33,818 nt of DNA from Kofleriaceae bacterium (lineage in GTDB: Bacteria; Myxococcota_A; Polyangia; Haliangiales; Haliangiaceae), in the NCBI GenBank assembly GCA_046597055.1, contig JBKJLC010000059.1, forward strand, positions 1 through 33,818, written 5' to 3'. The notes beneath the pieces are model-generated. The model searched no databases and was not told the DNA's origin. It was given only the letters and a program-made list of their open reading frames with translations. Position 1 is the first letter of the stretch. Every line of letters starts with the position of its first letter. Made by a program: the position numbers and the translations under genes. Below are positions 9,748 through 18,344 of the stretch, in pieces.

Positions 9748-11634
9748 ATGCTCGAACCCGTCCATCCCGAGGCCGCGCGCGAGGTCCTGCGCACGGTGTT
9801 CGGCTATCCGGACTTCCGTCCCGGGCAGCGCGAGGCGGTCGACGCGGTGCTGGCCGGTCGCGACGCCGCGGTCCTGCTGCCGACCGGCGCCGGCAAGTCG
9901 CTGTGCTACCAGGTGCCGGGCGTGGTCGGGTTCCGCGCGGGCCGGGGCACCACGCTGGTGGTGTCCCCGCTGATCGCCCTGATGAACGATCAGGTCGCGG
10001 CGCTGACCGGACGTGGGGTCGCCGCGGCGGCGATCCACAGCCACCAGGAAGATGACGAGCAGCGCACGGTGATCGACCGGTTCGTCGCCGGCGAGCTGGC
10101 GCTCCTCTACGTCTCGCCCGAGCGCGCCGCGCTCGCCAGCTTCCAGCGCCTGCTGGGCCGGGTGCCGATCGCGCTGCTCGCGATCGACGAGGCCCACTGC
10201 CTGAGCCAGTGGGGCCACGACTTCCGGCCCGAGTACCTGCGCCTGCACGAGCTGCGCGAGGTGGTCGATGCGCCGGTGATCGCGCTGACCGCGACCGCGA
10301 CCCCGCGGGTGATGGACGAGATCATCAAGTCGCTGCGGCTGACCGACGCGGCGCTGGTCCGTGGTGACTTCCGCCGGCCCAACCTGCGCTTCGCGGTCCA
10401 GCACCTCGGCAGCGACGCCGCGCGGATCGACGCGGTGATCGCCGCCTGCGACGGCGCCGGGCTGCGGTCGCGCACCGGCGCCGGGCGCGCCATCATTTAC
10501 TGCAGCACGCGCAAGAAGACCGAGCTGGTCGCCGAGGCCCTGCGCGCGGCCGGGTTTCCCGCCGCCTACTACCACGCCGGGCGCACCGCGCTGGCCCGCG
10601 AGCGAGCCCACAACGCGTTCTCGATGGGGCGGACCCGGGTGCTGGTCGCGACCAACGCGTTCGGTATGGGCATCGACTACGGCGACGTCCGGGTGATCGT
10701 CCACTTCCAGACCCCGGGCAGCCTCGAGGCCTACTACCAGGAGGCGGGCCGGGCCGGCCGCGATGGCGAGCCGGCCAGCTGCCTGATGCTGTTCGGGCCC
10801 GGCGACCTGATGACCCAGCGCAAGCTGCAGTCGAGCACCGCGCGCAGCGCCGCGATGGAGCTGCGCACCGAGGAGGCGCTGGCGGCGATGGAGCGCTATG
10901 CCCGGGTCGGCCGGTGCCGGCAGGTGATGATGTGCGCGCACTTCACCGGCACCGACGATCACGCGAGCTGCGGCCAGTGCGACGCTTGCCTCGACCCGGG
11001 CGGCTTCGGTGAGGAGGTCGCGCCGCGCGACGAGGTCGTCGCGCTGGCCGGCGACGCCCGCCAGACCATCCTCGACGCGGTCGCGGGGCTGCGCCGGCCG
11101 GTGGGCAAGGGCGTCCTGGCCAAGGCCCTGCGCGGCAGTCGCGCCAAGACGGTGATCACCCTGACCCACCTCCCGGAGTTCGGCCGCCTCGCCGACGCCA
11201 GCGAGGACGAGGTCGAGGCGACCATCGAGCAGCTCATCCGGGAGCGGCGGCTGGTCCGGCGCGGCCAGAAGTACCCGACGGTGTGGCTGGCCGGGCGCGC
11301 GGTGCGACCGACCGCGGCCGGCGCCGGCACCAGCGAGCGGCCGGCGCGGCGCGGGTCGATGACGACGGCCAGGGCGGCCGATGGCCGCCGGCCCCGGACC
11401 GGCGACGTCGCGCGCGACCTCGATCGCTACCGGCGCAAGATGGCCCGGGAGCTCAAGTGGAAGGCCTACATGATCTTCCAGCAGCGCGTCATCGTGGCGA
11501 TCGATCAGCAGCGGCCGGACACCAAGGCGGCCCTGGCCCGGATCCCGGGGCTGGGGCCGGCCAAGATCGAGCGCTTCGGCGACGACATCCTCGCGCTGGT
11601 GCGCCGCCACGCCGACGGCCCCGCCGCGGGCTGA
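9748..11634 (+). CDS. recQ: ATP-dependent DNA helicase RecQ with Zn-binding/RQC and HRDC domains
   Basis: PTGAGKSLCYQ, IDEAHCLSQWGHDFRPEY, LTATAT, QEAGRAGRDG, CR...CGQCDAC and HRDC-like IPGLGPAKIERFG motifs. Confidence 0.93.
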   Translation: MLEPVHPEAAREVLRTVFGYPDFRPGQREAVDAVLAGRDAAVLLPTGAGKSLCYQVPGVVGFRAGRGTTLVVSPLIALMNDQVAALTGRGVAAAAIHSHQEDDEQRTVIDRFVAGELALLYVSPERAALASFQRLLGRVPIALLAIDEAHCLSQWGHDFRPEYLRLHELREVVDAPVIALTATATPRVMDEIIKSLRLTDAALVRGDFRRPNLRFAVQHLGSDAARIDAVIAACDGAGLRSRTGAGRAIIYCSTRKKTELVAEALRAAGFPAAYYHAGRTALARERAHNAFSMGRTRVLVATNAFGMGIDYGDVRVIVHFQTPGSLEAYYQEAGRAGRDGEPASCLMLFGPGDLMTQRKLQSSTARSAAMELRTEEALAAMERYARVGRCRQVMMCAHFTGTDDHASCGQCDACLDPGGFGEEVAPRDEVVALAGDARQTILDAVAGLRRPVGKGVLAKALRGSRAKTVITLTHLPEFGRLADASEDEVEATIEQLIRERRLVRRGQKYPTVWLAGRAVRPTAAGAGTSERPARRGSMTTARAADGRRPRTGDVARDLDRYRRKMARELKWKAYMIFQQRVIVAIDQQRPDTKAALARIPGLGPAKIERFGDDILALVRRHADGPAAG

Positions 11635-11640
11635 CCTCGG

Positions 11641-13059
11641 TCAGCCGGCGAGCGCGTCGCCCATCTGGCGGATCGCCTCGACCTTCTGCTCGAACGGCGC
11701 CCAGTCGTCGCGACCGGCGATCGGCTCCCACAGCGCCTCGAGCTCGTCGATGAGCATCGTGCACGGCGCCGCGCCGGCGAAGTAGGGGTGATCGAGCCGC
11801 GCGGTCGGTCGCGGCCGGTACTGCGCGAGCTCGGCGAGCACCGCGGCCCCGGCGCGGCTGCGGTACTCGGCCGCCGCCGGGCTGCGGGCAAGCCGGTCGG
11901 TGGCCGCGGCGCCGCCGTAGCCGTCGAAGAAGATCCGCTCGAACGGGAGCTGGGTGGTGTCGAGCAGCTGCATCACGCCGGTGCGCAGCAGGCGGTCGAG
12001 CAGGGCGCCGCGCGACTGCACGCCGAGCCGCGCGATCACCGCCTGGTCGAGCGCGGTCGCGAACGCGGGATCGAAGCCGCGGACCACGCCGGCCAGCGAT
12101 CGCTCGGGCGCCAGCGCCTCGAGCGCGCCGGCGAGCTGCTCGAGGTTCCAGCGCACCGCGGTCGGCTGGGCACCGTAGGCGTAGAGCCCGCTGTGATCGA
12201 AGTAGGCGGCGGTGAAGCCCGGATCGAGCACCGGGAGGAAGCGCCACGGCCCGTAGTCGAACGACTCGCCGGTGATGTTGAGGTTGTCGGTGTTGAGGAC
12301 GCCGTGCACGAAGCCGGCCGCCATCCATGCCGCGCACAGCCGCGCCGAGCGCTCGACCACGACCTGCAGGAAGCTGGCGGCGGCGGCGTCGCCGAGGTGG
12401 CACAGCTCGGGCGTGTAGTGGGCGAGGCCGAAGTCGAGCAGCGCGCGCAGGGTGCGCCGATCGCCCTCGTGGGCCGGCCGCTGGAAGCTGCCGAACCGCA
12501 GGTGCGAGTGGCCGAGCCGCACCAGCACGCTGCCGCGGGTCGGCGACGGCTCGTCGTTGCGACGCAGCGCCTCGCCGGTCTCGAACAGGCTGAAGCTCTT
12601 CGAGGTGGGCACGCCCAGCGCCTCGAGCATCTCGGTCGCGATCACCTCGCGGACGCCGCCCTTGAGCGTCAGCCGCCCGTCACCGCCGCGCGACCACGGG
12701 GTCTGGCCGCTGCCCTTGGTCGCCAGATCGAGCAGGCGGTTGTCGGCGTCGCGGAGCTGGGCGTACAGGAACCCGCGGCCATCGCCGAGACCGGGGTTGT
12801 AGGTCCGGAACTGATGGCCGTGGTAGCGCAGCGCGAGCGGGCGCGGCAGGTTGTCCGGCAGCGGCTCGAAGCGCCCGAAGGCGGCGCGCCACTCGTCGTC
12901 GGTCAGGGTGTCGAGCCCGATCCGGGCCGCCCACCGCTGGTTGCGGAACCGCAGGTCGAGGCGCGGGAAGCGCGCTGCCTCGACCACGTCGAACACCTCG
13001 GGCCCGAGGAGCTCGATCTTCGGGGCGGGCTGGTAGCGAACGGAGACCGGCAAGCCCAC
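11641..13059 (-). CDS. selO: Protein adenylyltransferase SelO (YdiU family); start may be TTG at 13053
   Basis: YHGHQF, LGDGRG, KGSGQTPWSRGGDGR and GFVHGVLNTDN...FDYGP motifs. Confidence 0.92.
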   Translation of the reverse strand: MGLPVSVRYQPAPKIELLGPEVFDVVEAARFPRLDLRFRNQRWAARIGLDTLTDDEWRAAFGRFEPLPDNLPRPLALRYHGHQFRTYNPGLGDGRGFLYAQLRDADNRLLDLATKGSGQTPWSRGGDGRLTLKGGVREVIATEMLEALGVPTSKSFSLFETGEALRRNDEPSPTRGSVLVRLGHSHLRFGSFQRPAHEGDRRTLRALLDFGLAHYTPELCHLGDAAAASFLQVVVERSARLCAAWMAAGFVHGVLNTDNLNITGESFDYGPWRFLPVLDPGFTAAYFDHSGLYAYGAQPTAVRWNLEQLAGALEALAPERSLAGVVRGFDPAFATALDQAVIARLGVQSRGALLDRLLRTGVMQLLDTTQLPFERIFFDGYGGAAATDRLARSPAAAEYRSRAGAAVLAELAQYRPRPTARLDHPYFAGAAPCTMLIDELEALWEPIAGRDDWAPFEQKVEAIRQMGDALAG

Positions 13060-13099
13060 CAGGTAGCCCGCGCCCGCACCGCACGCAAGCCGGCACCGG

Positions 13100-13989
13100 T
13101 CACCTGCACGGCGTGGTCCGCGGCGGACCGTCGACGCTCAGCGTGCCGCCGGCCCAGCGCACCCGGACCGTCGCGCGGGTCGCGGGCGTGGCCTGCCAGC
13201 GCACCTCGAGGTCGCGATCCGCGCCCGCGGCGGTGACCCGGAGCGCCGGCGTGTCGGCGCATTGCCGGGTGGTGTCGGGCAGGTTCACGCGGCCGAGCTC
13301 GGCGGTGGCGAGCACCACGGGCGTGGCGACAGAGGCGTGGACGATCGCGAGGAACCAGCGGCCGACCAGCGGCGCCGGACCGTCGGGTACGAACACAGGT
13401 ACCCGACGTCGGGCCCGATCCGCAGCTCGCCAGCCACCGCCGCGGCGCCGGTCGCGGGGGGCCGGTCGCCGATCACGTCGAGGTCGGCGATCGCCAGCGG
13501 ATACGCCGCGCCGACCCCGAGCGCGGCCGCGACCGCGACCAGGTCGGGGGCCTCGGATCGCAGCGGTCGGAACGCCTGCGCGGGGACCCGGTCGACCAGC
13601 CCGGGCGCGTCGGCGAATGCGGTCCCGCGCCACGCGTAGACCTGCCGCCGCTCGCGCATCCCGGTGTCATCGCCGTCGTGGCGCCACAGCACCAGCTCGT
13701 GCCGGCCGTCGCCGTCGACATCGAGCAGGCGCACCTCGCTGGCGCTGCTGGCGATGTGGCGCTGCCAGCCCGCGAGCTGGGTGCGCAGCAGGACCTCGGC
13801 GCCGGTCGCGCCCAGCCGCGTGGCCGAGCCCGCCGAGGCGAGCCCCGGGTCGGGGGATGGGCCGCCAGTGTCGGGGCGCGGGCCGGCCGCCGCCGGAGTC
13901 GGGCGCGGGGCCGGACGGCCGCGTTCTTCGCCGCAGCCGGTCAGCGCGAGGCCGAGGATCAGCACGAACCCGGCGCGGCGAGCGGTCAT
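13100..13989 (-). pseudogene. Probable lipoprotein split by a frameshift near 13395
   Basis: Signal peptide and lipobox (MTARRAGFVLILGLALTGC), Pro-rich linker, DVDGDGRHEL motif. Protein-like sequence continues in another frame from VFVPDG to the stop at 13100. Confidence 0.55.
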
Positions 13990-14063
13990 CCGACCAGCGT
14001 ACATCCACCCGCGGCGCGTGTAGCATCCGCCGTCGTGACCCCTCGCTCGCCCCGGAGCTCGCC

Positions 14064-15047
14064 GTGACCCGCGCCCGCTGGGCCGTCGAGTTCGAGGCGG
14101 TGGCGCGCGCCCACTGGACCCCGGCGCGCACCGCGGCGCTGGTCCATGGCAAGGACCTGATCCTGCGCCCGGCCGACGCCGCGCGGTTGCTGCGCGCGCT
14201 CGGTCTCCTCAACGGCGATGCCTCGTTGCCCCCGGCGCAGCACCGCAAGTACCTCCAGATCAACCACATGATCGGCGTGCTGGGCCCGGCGTTCGCCGAG
14301 CTGCGCGCGCGCCACCCGCGGCTCCGGCTGCTCGACGCCGGCTGCGGCCGCTCGTACCTCACGCTGCTGCTCGCCTGGTGCGGCAAGCACGTGTGGCACC
14401 ACCCGATCGAGGTGCTCGGGGTCGATCGCAACCCGGCCGTGATCGAGGCGTGCCGGCGCCGCACCGAGCTGGCCGGGCTCGACGACGTGGTCCGGTTCGA
14501 GGCGGTCCCGCTCGACCAGCTGGTCGTGGCGGCCGACGTGGCGGTCCACGGCGTGATCGCGCTGCACGCGTGCGACACCGCCACCTGCGACGCGCTCGCG
14601 CTCGGGGTCACGCTCGGCGCCGAGCTGATCGCGGTCGCGCCGTGCTGCCAGGCCGAGCTCGCGCGCGGCTGGGCGGCGCTGGCCGCCACCGACGCGGCCG
14701 GTGCGCTGGCGCCGCTGTGGCGCACGCCGCACCTGCGCCGCGAGACCGCCGCCCACGTCACCGACCTGATGCGCACGCTGCTGGTGCGCGCGGCCGGCTA
14801 CGACGTGACCGCGCTCGAGTTCGTCGGCACCGAGCACACCCGCAAGAACACGCTGCTCCGCGCCCGGCGCCGGCCCGACGCCGATCCGGCGGCCCGCGCC
14901 GAGTACGAGGCGCTCAAGCGGGCGACCGGCGGCATCGGGCTCGCGCTCGAGCACCGGCTCGGTGCGCCGGCCGGACCGTGCGCGGGGCCCGCCGGGCACC
15001 CAGGTTACGAGCTCGGTGGCTGGTCCGCGTGCGTGCGGGCGCGCTGA
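14064..15047 (+). CDS. SAM-dependent methyltransferase (Methyltransf_32-like)
   Basis: LLDAGCGRSYLT, LHACDTATCDA, PCCQ and EHTRKN motifs; GGAG 6 nt upstream of GTG. Confidence 0.85.
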   Translation: MTRARWAVEFEAVARAHWTPARTAALVHGKDLILRPADAARLLRALGLLNGDASLPPAQHRKYLQINHMIGVLGPAFAELRARHPRLRLLDAGCGRSYLTLLLAWCGKHVWHHPIEVLGVDRNPAVIEACRRRTELAGLDDVVRFEAVPLDQLVVAADVAVHGVIALHACDTATCDALALGVTLGAELIAVAPCCQAELARGWAALAATDAAGALAPLWRTPHLRRETAAHVTDLMRTLLVRAAGYDVTALEFVGTEHTRKNTLLRARRRPDADPAARAEYEALKRATGGIGLALEHRLGAPAGPCAGPAGHPGYELGGWSACVRAR

Positions 15048-15064
15048 CCGGTAGGCTCACGCCC

Positions 15065-15649
15065 GTGAAACCACGCGCGCTGGTGTCGTTCCCGCTCAGC
15101 CTGGCCGGATGGAAGTTCGAGACGGCGCTGCCGGTCGAGAAGAAGTTCGTCGCGCTCGCCGTACCCCACACCAGCAACTGGGATGGGCTGATGCTGATCC
15201 TGCTCTCCCAGAGCGTGGGCCTGACGATGAACTTCATGATCAAGGGCGACTGGGTGCAGGGCGCGATGGGCGTGCTGCTGCGCCACTTCGGCGCGATCCC
15301 GATCGATCGCGCGAAGTCGAACAACGTCGTCCAGACCATGATCGACGAGCTGCGCGCCCGCGACGAGCTGGTGCTCGTGGTTCCCCCCGAGGGCACCCGC
15401 GGGCGCACCGAGTACTGGAAGTCGGGCTTCTATCACATCGCGCTCGGCGCCGGCGTGCCGGTCATTCCGAGCTACCTCGACTACAAGCGCAAGCGCGGCG
15501 GGTTCGGCCCTTCGATCCGCTTGACCGGCGACGTGCAGGCCGACATGGACAAGATCCGCGCGTTCTACGCGAGCCAGGGCGCCGAGGCACTGTATCCGGA
15601 CCGATTCGGACCGATCCGCCTCCGCGAGGAGGGCCCACCAGCTCCGTGA
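15065..15649 (+). CDS. Lysophospholipid / 1-acyl-glycerol-3-phosphate acyltransferase family protein
   Basis: PHTSNWD (HX4D) and PEGTR motifs, followed by WKSGFYHIA. Confidence 0.88.
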   Translation: MKPRALVSFPLSLAGWKFETALPVEKKFVALAVPHTSNWDGLMLILLSQSVGLTMNFMIKGDWVQGAMGVLLRHFGAIPIDRAKSNNVVQTMIDELRARDELVLVVPPEGTRGRTEYWKSGFYHIALGAGVPVIPSYLDYKRKRGGFGPSIRLTGDVQADMDKIRAFYASQGAEALYPDRFGPIRLREEGPPAP

Positions 15650-15804
15650 GCCTGGTGAAGGTGCCGCGACGGCGATGCAGATCGACGGCAGCGTCGTGGC
15701 AGCTCGGCTCGGTGAGCGAGTTGCCACGCGGGCAGGCAGAGCGGCGTCGCTCGTCGCGGGTCGCGAACCCGCAGAATCCTTGAGGGTCCGCTGTGCGCGA
15801 CGCC

Positions 15805-15820
15805 TGGCATGGGAGGTGCT
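15805..15820 (+). promoter_or_regulatory. Putative sigma-54 -24/-12 promoter
   Basis: TGGCATGGGAGGTGCT has GG-N10-GC spacing, upstream of the gene at 15894. Confidence 0.4.
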
Positions 15821-15893
15821 CAACGGCCCGGCAGCACTCCACTCGCCTCACCGCGCGTGACGAGTCAAACCTCACCAGCCGGAGACAATCACC

Positions 15894-16442
15894 ATGGGTA
15901 CCAAGCAAGAGAAGGTCATGATTGGCGTGTTCCACACCGCGGGCGACGCGCGCCGCGCGATCGAGGACCTGCGCGCCGCCGGCTTCTCCGACAAGAAGAT
16001 TGGCCTCCTGACGCACGACAAGGACGGCGATCCCGACGTCAAGTCGTTCAAGGATCTCGAGGGCAACAAGGCCGGCACCGGCGCGGCGGTCGGCGCGGCC
16101 GCCGGCGCGGGTGGCGGCGCCCTGTGGGCGCTCGGCATCGCGGCCGGCTTCCTGCCCGCGATCGGTCCGGTGATCGCCGGCGGCATCCTCGCGGCGATCG
16201 CCGCCAGCGCCGCCAGCGGCGCGGCCGCCGGCGTGCTGGTCGGCACCCTGGCCGGCCTCGGCGTCAGCGACGAGGAGGCAGCCTACTACGACGACGAGTT
16301 CAAGAAGGGCCGCACGATCCTCGTGGTCCAGTCGGAGGAACGCGCCAGCGAGGCGTACCAGATCCTGACGACGCGGAACTCGCAGAACCCGCACATGGTC
16401 GCGCCGGAGACCCTCACCGGTCACAGCGCGCGCCCGCTCTGA
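15894..16442 (+). CDS. General stress protein-like membrane protein with Gly/Ala-rich hairpin
   Basis: IGVF...[12 protein letters not shown]-terminus; Gly/Ala-rich IGPVIAGG segment; [11 protein letters not shown]...GRTILVV; GGAGA ribosome-binding site. Confidence 0.75.
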   Translation: MGTKQEKVMIGVFHTAGDARRAIEDLRAAGFSDKKIGLLTHDKDGDPDVKSFKDLEGNKAGTGAAVGAAAGAGGGALWALGIAAGFLPAIGPVIAGGILAAIAASAASGAAAGVLVGTLAGLGVSDEEAAYYDDEFKKGRTILVVQSEERASEAYQILTTRNSQNPHMVAPETLTGHSARPL

Positions 16443-16486
16443 TCGCGGGTCGCCCGCGCCAGCGGCGTCGCGACGCCGCACGATGA

Positions 16487-16519
16487 ACGCCCCCGGGAAG
16501 CCATGCTTCCGGGGGCGTC
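16487..16519. terminator. GC-rich hairpin, probable terminator
   Basis: ACGCCCCCGGGAAGC-CAT-GCTTCCGGGGGCGT stem with one bulge, downstream of the stop; weak U-tract. Confidence 0.55.
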
Positions 16520-16685
16520 GTCGTTCGTGGCATCCAGTACCGAGTACGCGCGCGCCGTGTGAGGCGGTCGAGCACGGTGCGCCCCACGTCACCGCCGAAA
16601 CCCTACATCCCGTCGTCCGTTGCACGCTAACTGCTGGAGATCCGACGCGCGAAGAACTGGCTCTCAACCTGCAATGCCAGGATGC

Positions 16686-16766
16686 ATGAGCCTCACCACC
16701 ATCCTTATCATCGTCCTTCTCGTTCTCCTGCTCGGCGGCGGCGGCCTCTTCTACGGACGTCGTTGA
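16686..16766 (+). CDS. 26-aa small membrane protein (DUF3309-like)
   Basis: Manual translation MSLTTILIIVLLVLLLGGGGLFYGRR: one hydrophobic helix, Gly run, basic tail. Confidence 0.7.
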   Translation: MSLTTILIIVLLVLLLGGGGLFYGRR

Positions 16767-16797
16767 GCCGACTCACGCTCCTGGACGCGTCGCCGCG

Positions 16798-17340
16798 TCA
16801 CTCGATCGTCACCAGCCGGACCTCGCCTTCGTGGAGCGATCCACCGATGGTGAGGAACAGCGAGCCGCCCGAGACCGACAGGTCCCAGCGGTTGGCGCGA
16901 TCGAGTGTGGCGGCGACCGCGTCGAGGAGCTCCACCGGTAACGCGTGCAGCACCAGATGTTCGGCGCGGTGAACGCCGCGCTCGGTGATCGCTGCCGCGA
17001 GCTGTTCGGGGTTCTTCCACGCGTAGATCACCACGCGCTTGCAGACCTTGCTTGCCTTGTGCAGGCGGTCAGGCGCAGGCGCACCCACCTCGATCCATGC
17101 CTGGAGATCGCCGCGTAGATCGCGCTGCACGATCGCCGGTTCGTCGTCGTCCGACACTCCAGCCTTGCTGAACTCGACACCCTCGGCGTGCTCGAGGGCG
17201 CGAGCGATCAGGCGCGCGACCAGATACCGCTCGCTCTCGGACGGGTGCTGGGCGACGCGCCAGTCGAGGTCGGCGTAGACGCCGCGGTCGGAGTCCGCCA
17301 ACGCGATCTCGAACCGCCGGATCGTGGACGACAGGGCCAT
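16798..17340 (-). CDS. yaeQ: YaeQ family protein
   Basis: MAL.STI, D.DRGVY, AQHPSESE, DDDEPAI and WIEVGAP...RLHKASK motifs. Confidence 0.92.
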   Translation of the reverse strand: MALSSTIRRFEIALADSDRGVYADLDWRVAQHPSESERYLVARLIARALEHAEGVEFSKAGVSDDDEPAIVQRDLRGDLQAWIEVGAPAPDRLHKASKVCKRVVIYAWKNPEQLAAAITERGVHRAEHLVLHALPVELLDAVAATLDRANRWDLSVSGGSLFLTIGGSLHEGEVRLVTIE

Positions 17341-17484
17341 GCCCCGCAGTATCCGCGATCCGGCGCAGGCCGGCGCGCGCCGGCCGTCGAGAACGTCGGG
17401 CAGCCGGGTCGCCGCTCGTGCGGCGAGCGTGGCGCTGCACTTTCAGCGGCGCGATGCGTAAGATTATGCGAGCGGGCGCTAACG

Positions 17485-18279
17485 TTAGCGGCCCTTGAAG
17501 GCCGGCTTCCGCTTCTCGGCGAAGGCGCGCGGGCCTTCCTTGGCGTCCTCGGACTGGAAGACCTTCCAGCCGAGCTCGAGCTCGATCTTGAGGGCTTCAG
17601 CCTCTGGCAGCCCCTCGGTCTCCTGGACCGAGCGCTTGATCATCTGCACCGCGAACGGGCCGTTCGCCGCGATCTCACTGGCGACCCGGCGGGCCTCGGT
17701 GAGCGCCTGACCATCGGCGACCACCCGACCGATCAGGCCGATGGCGCGTGCCTCCTCGGCGGCGACGTGGCGGCCGGTGAGCAGCAGGTCCATGGCGTGG
17801 GTGTACGAGATCTGGCGGCGCAGCCGCACGGTCGAGCCGCCCATCGGGAACAGGCCCCAGCGCACCTCGGACACGCCGAACTTGGCCGACTGGCCGGCGA
17901 TCCGGATATCGGTCGCCTGCAGCATCTCGGTGCCACCGGCGATCGCATAGCCCTCGACCGCGGCGATCAGCGGCTTGGCCAGCCGTCGGTGGCGCAGGAA
18001 CGCCTTCCAGTGCAGGTCGGGGTCGGTCTTGAAGCGGGCCGACCACTCGTCGGTCGGCGGGTTGTGCATCTGCTTGAGGTCGGAGCCCGAGCAGAAGTGG
18101 CCACCGGCGCCGGTCAGGATCGCGACCCGGATCTCGTCGTCGCCGTCGATGAGATCCCAGGCGTCGGCGAGCCGGGCCAGCATCTCGAGATCGAGCGCGT
18201 TGCGGGCCTCGGGGCGGTTCATGGTCACCGTCACGACGTGGCCATCCCGCTCGACGAGCAGGTGCGGTGGCTTGTCCAT
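17485..18279 (-). CDS. Enoyl-CoA hydratase/crotonase, EchA19-like (steroid side chain)
   Basis: VTMNRPEARNAL, KPLIAAVEG.AIAGGTE.LQ.TDIR and PMGGS.VRL.RQI closely resemble mycobacterial EchA19 as recalled. Confidence 0.88.
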   Translation of the reverse strand: MDKPPHLLVERDGHVVTVTMNRPEARNALDLEMLARLADAWDLIDGDDEIRVAILTGAGGHFCSGSDLKQMHNPPTDEWSARFKTDPDLHWKAFLRHRRLAKPLIAAVEGYAIAGGTEMLQATDIRIAGQSAKFGVSEVRWGLFPMGGSTVRLRRQISYTHAMDLLLTGRHVAAEEARAIGLIGRVVADGQALTEARRVASEIAANGPFAVQMIKRSVQETEGLPEAEALKIELELGWKVFQSEDAKEGPRAFAEKRKPAFKGR

Positions 18280-18287
18280 TCCGCGAG

Positions 18288-18301
18288 TAGAACACGTTCT
18301 A
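18288..18301. promoter_or_regulatory. KstR-type operator 1 (TAGAACACGTTCTA)
   Basis: Exact match to TnnAACnnGTTnnA, 8 nt from the echA19-like start codon. Confidence 0.8.
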
Positions 18302-18321
18302 ATCTGGCTTGTCACCCGCAC

Positions 18322-18335
18322 TGGAACATGTTCTA
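18322..18335. promoter_or_regulatory. KstR-type operator 2 (TGGAACATGTTCTA)
   Basis: Exact match to TnnAACnnGTTnnA; overlaps the putative -10 (TAGTTT) of the P450 gene. Confidence 0.8.
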
Positions 18336-18344
18336 GTTTCTGCG

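Noticed and set aside
17477..17490. Perfect palindrome CGCTAACGTTAGCG
   Set aside because: Lacks the 2-nt KstR spacer, overlaps the echA19-like stop codon and occurs once; no function can be supported.
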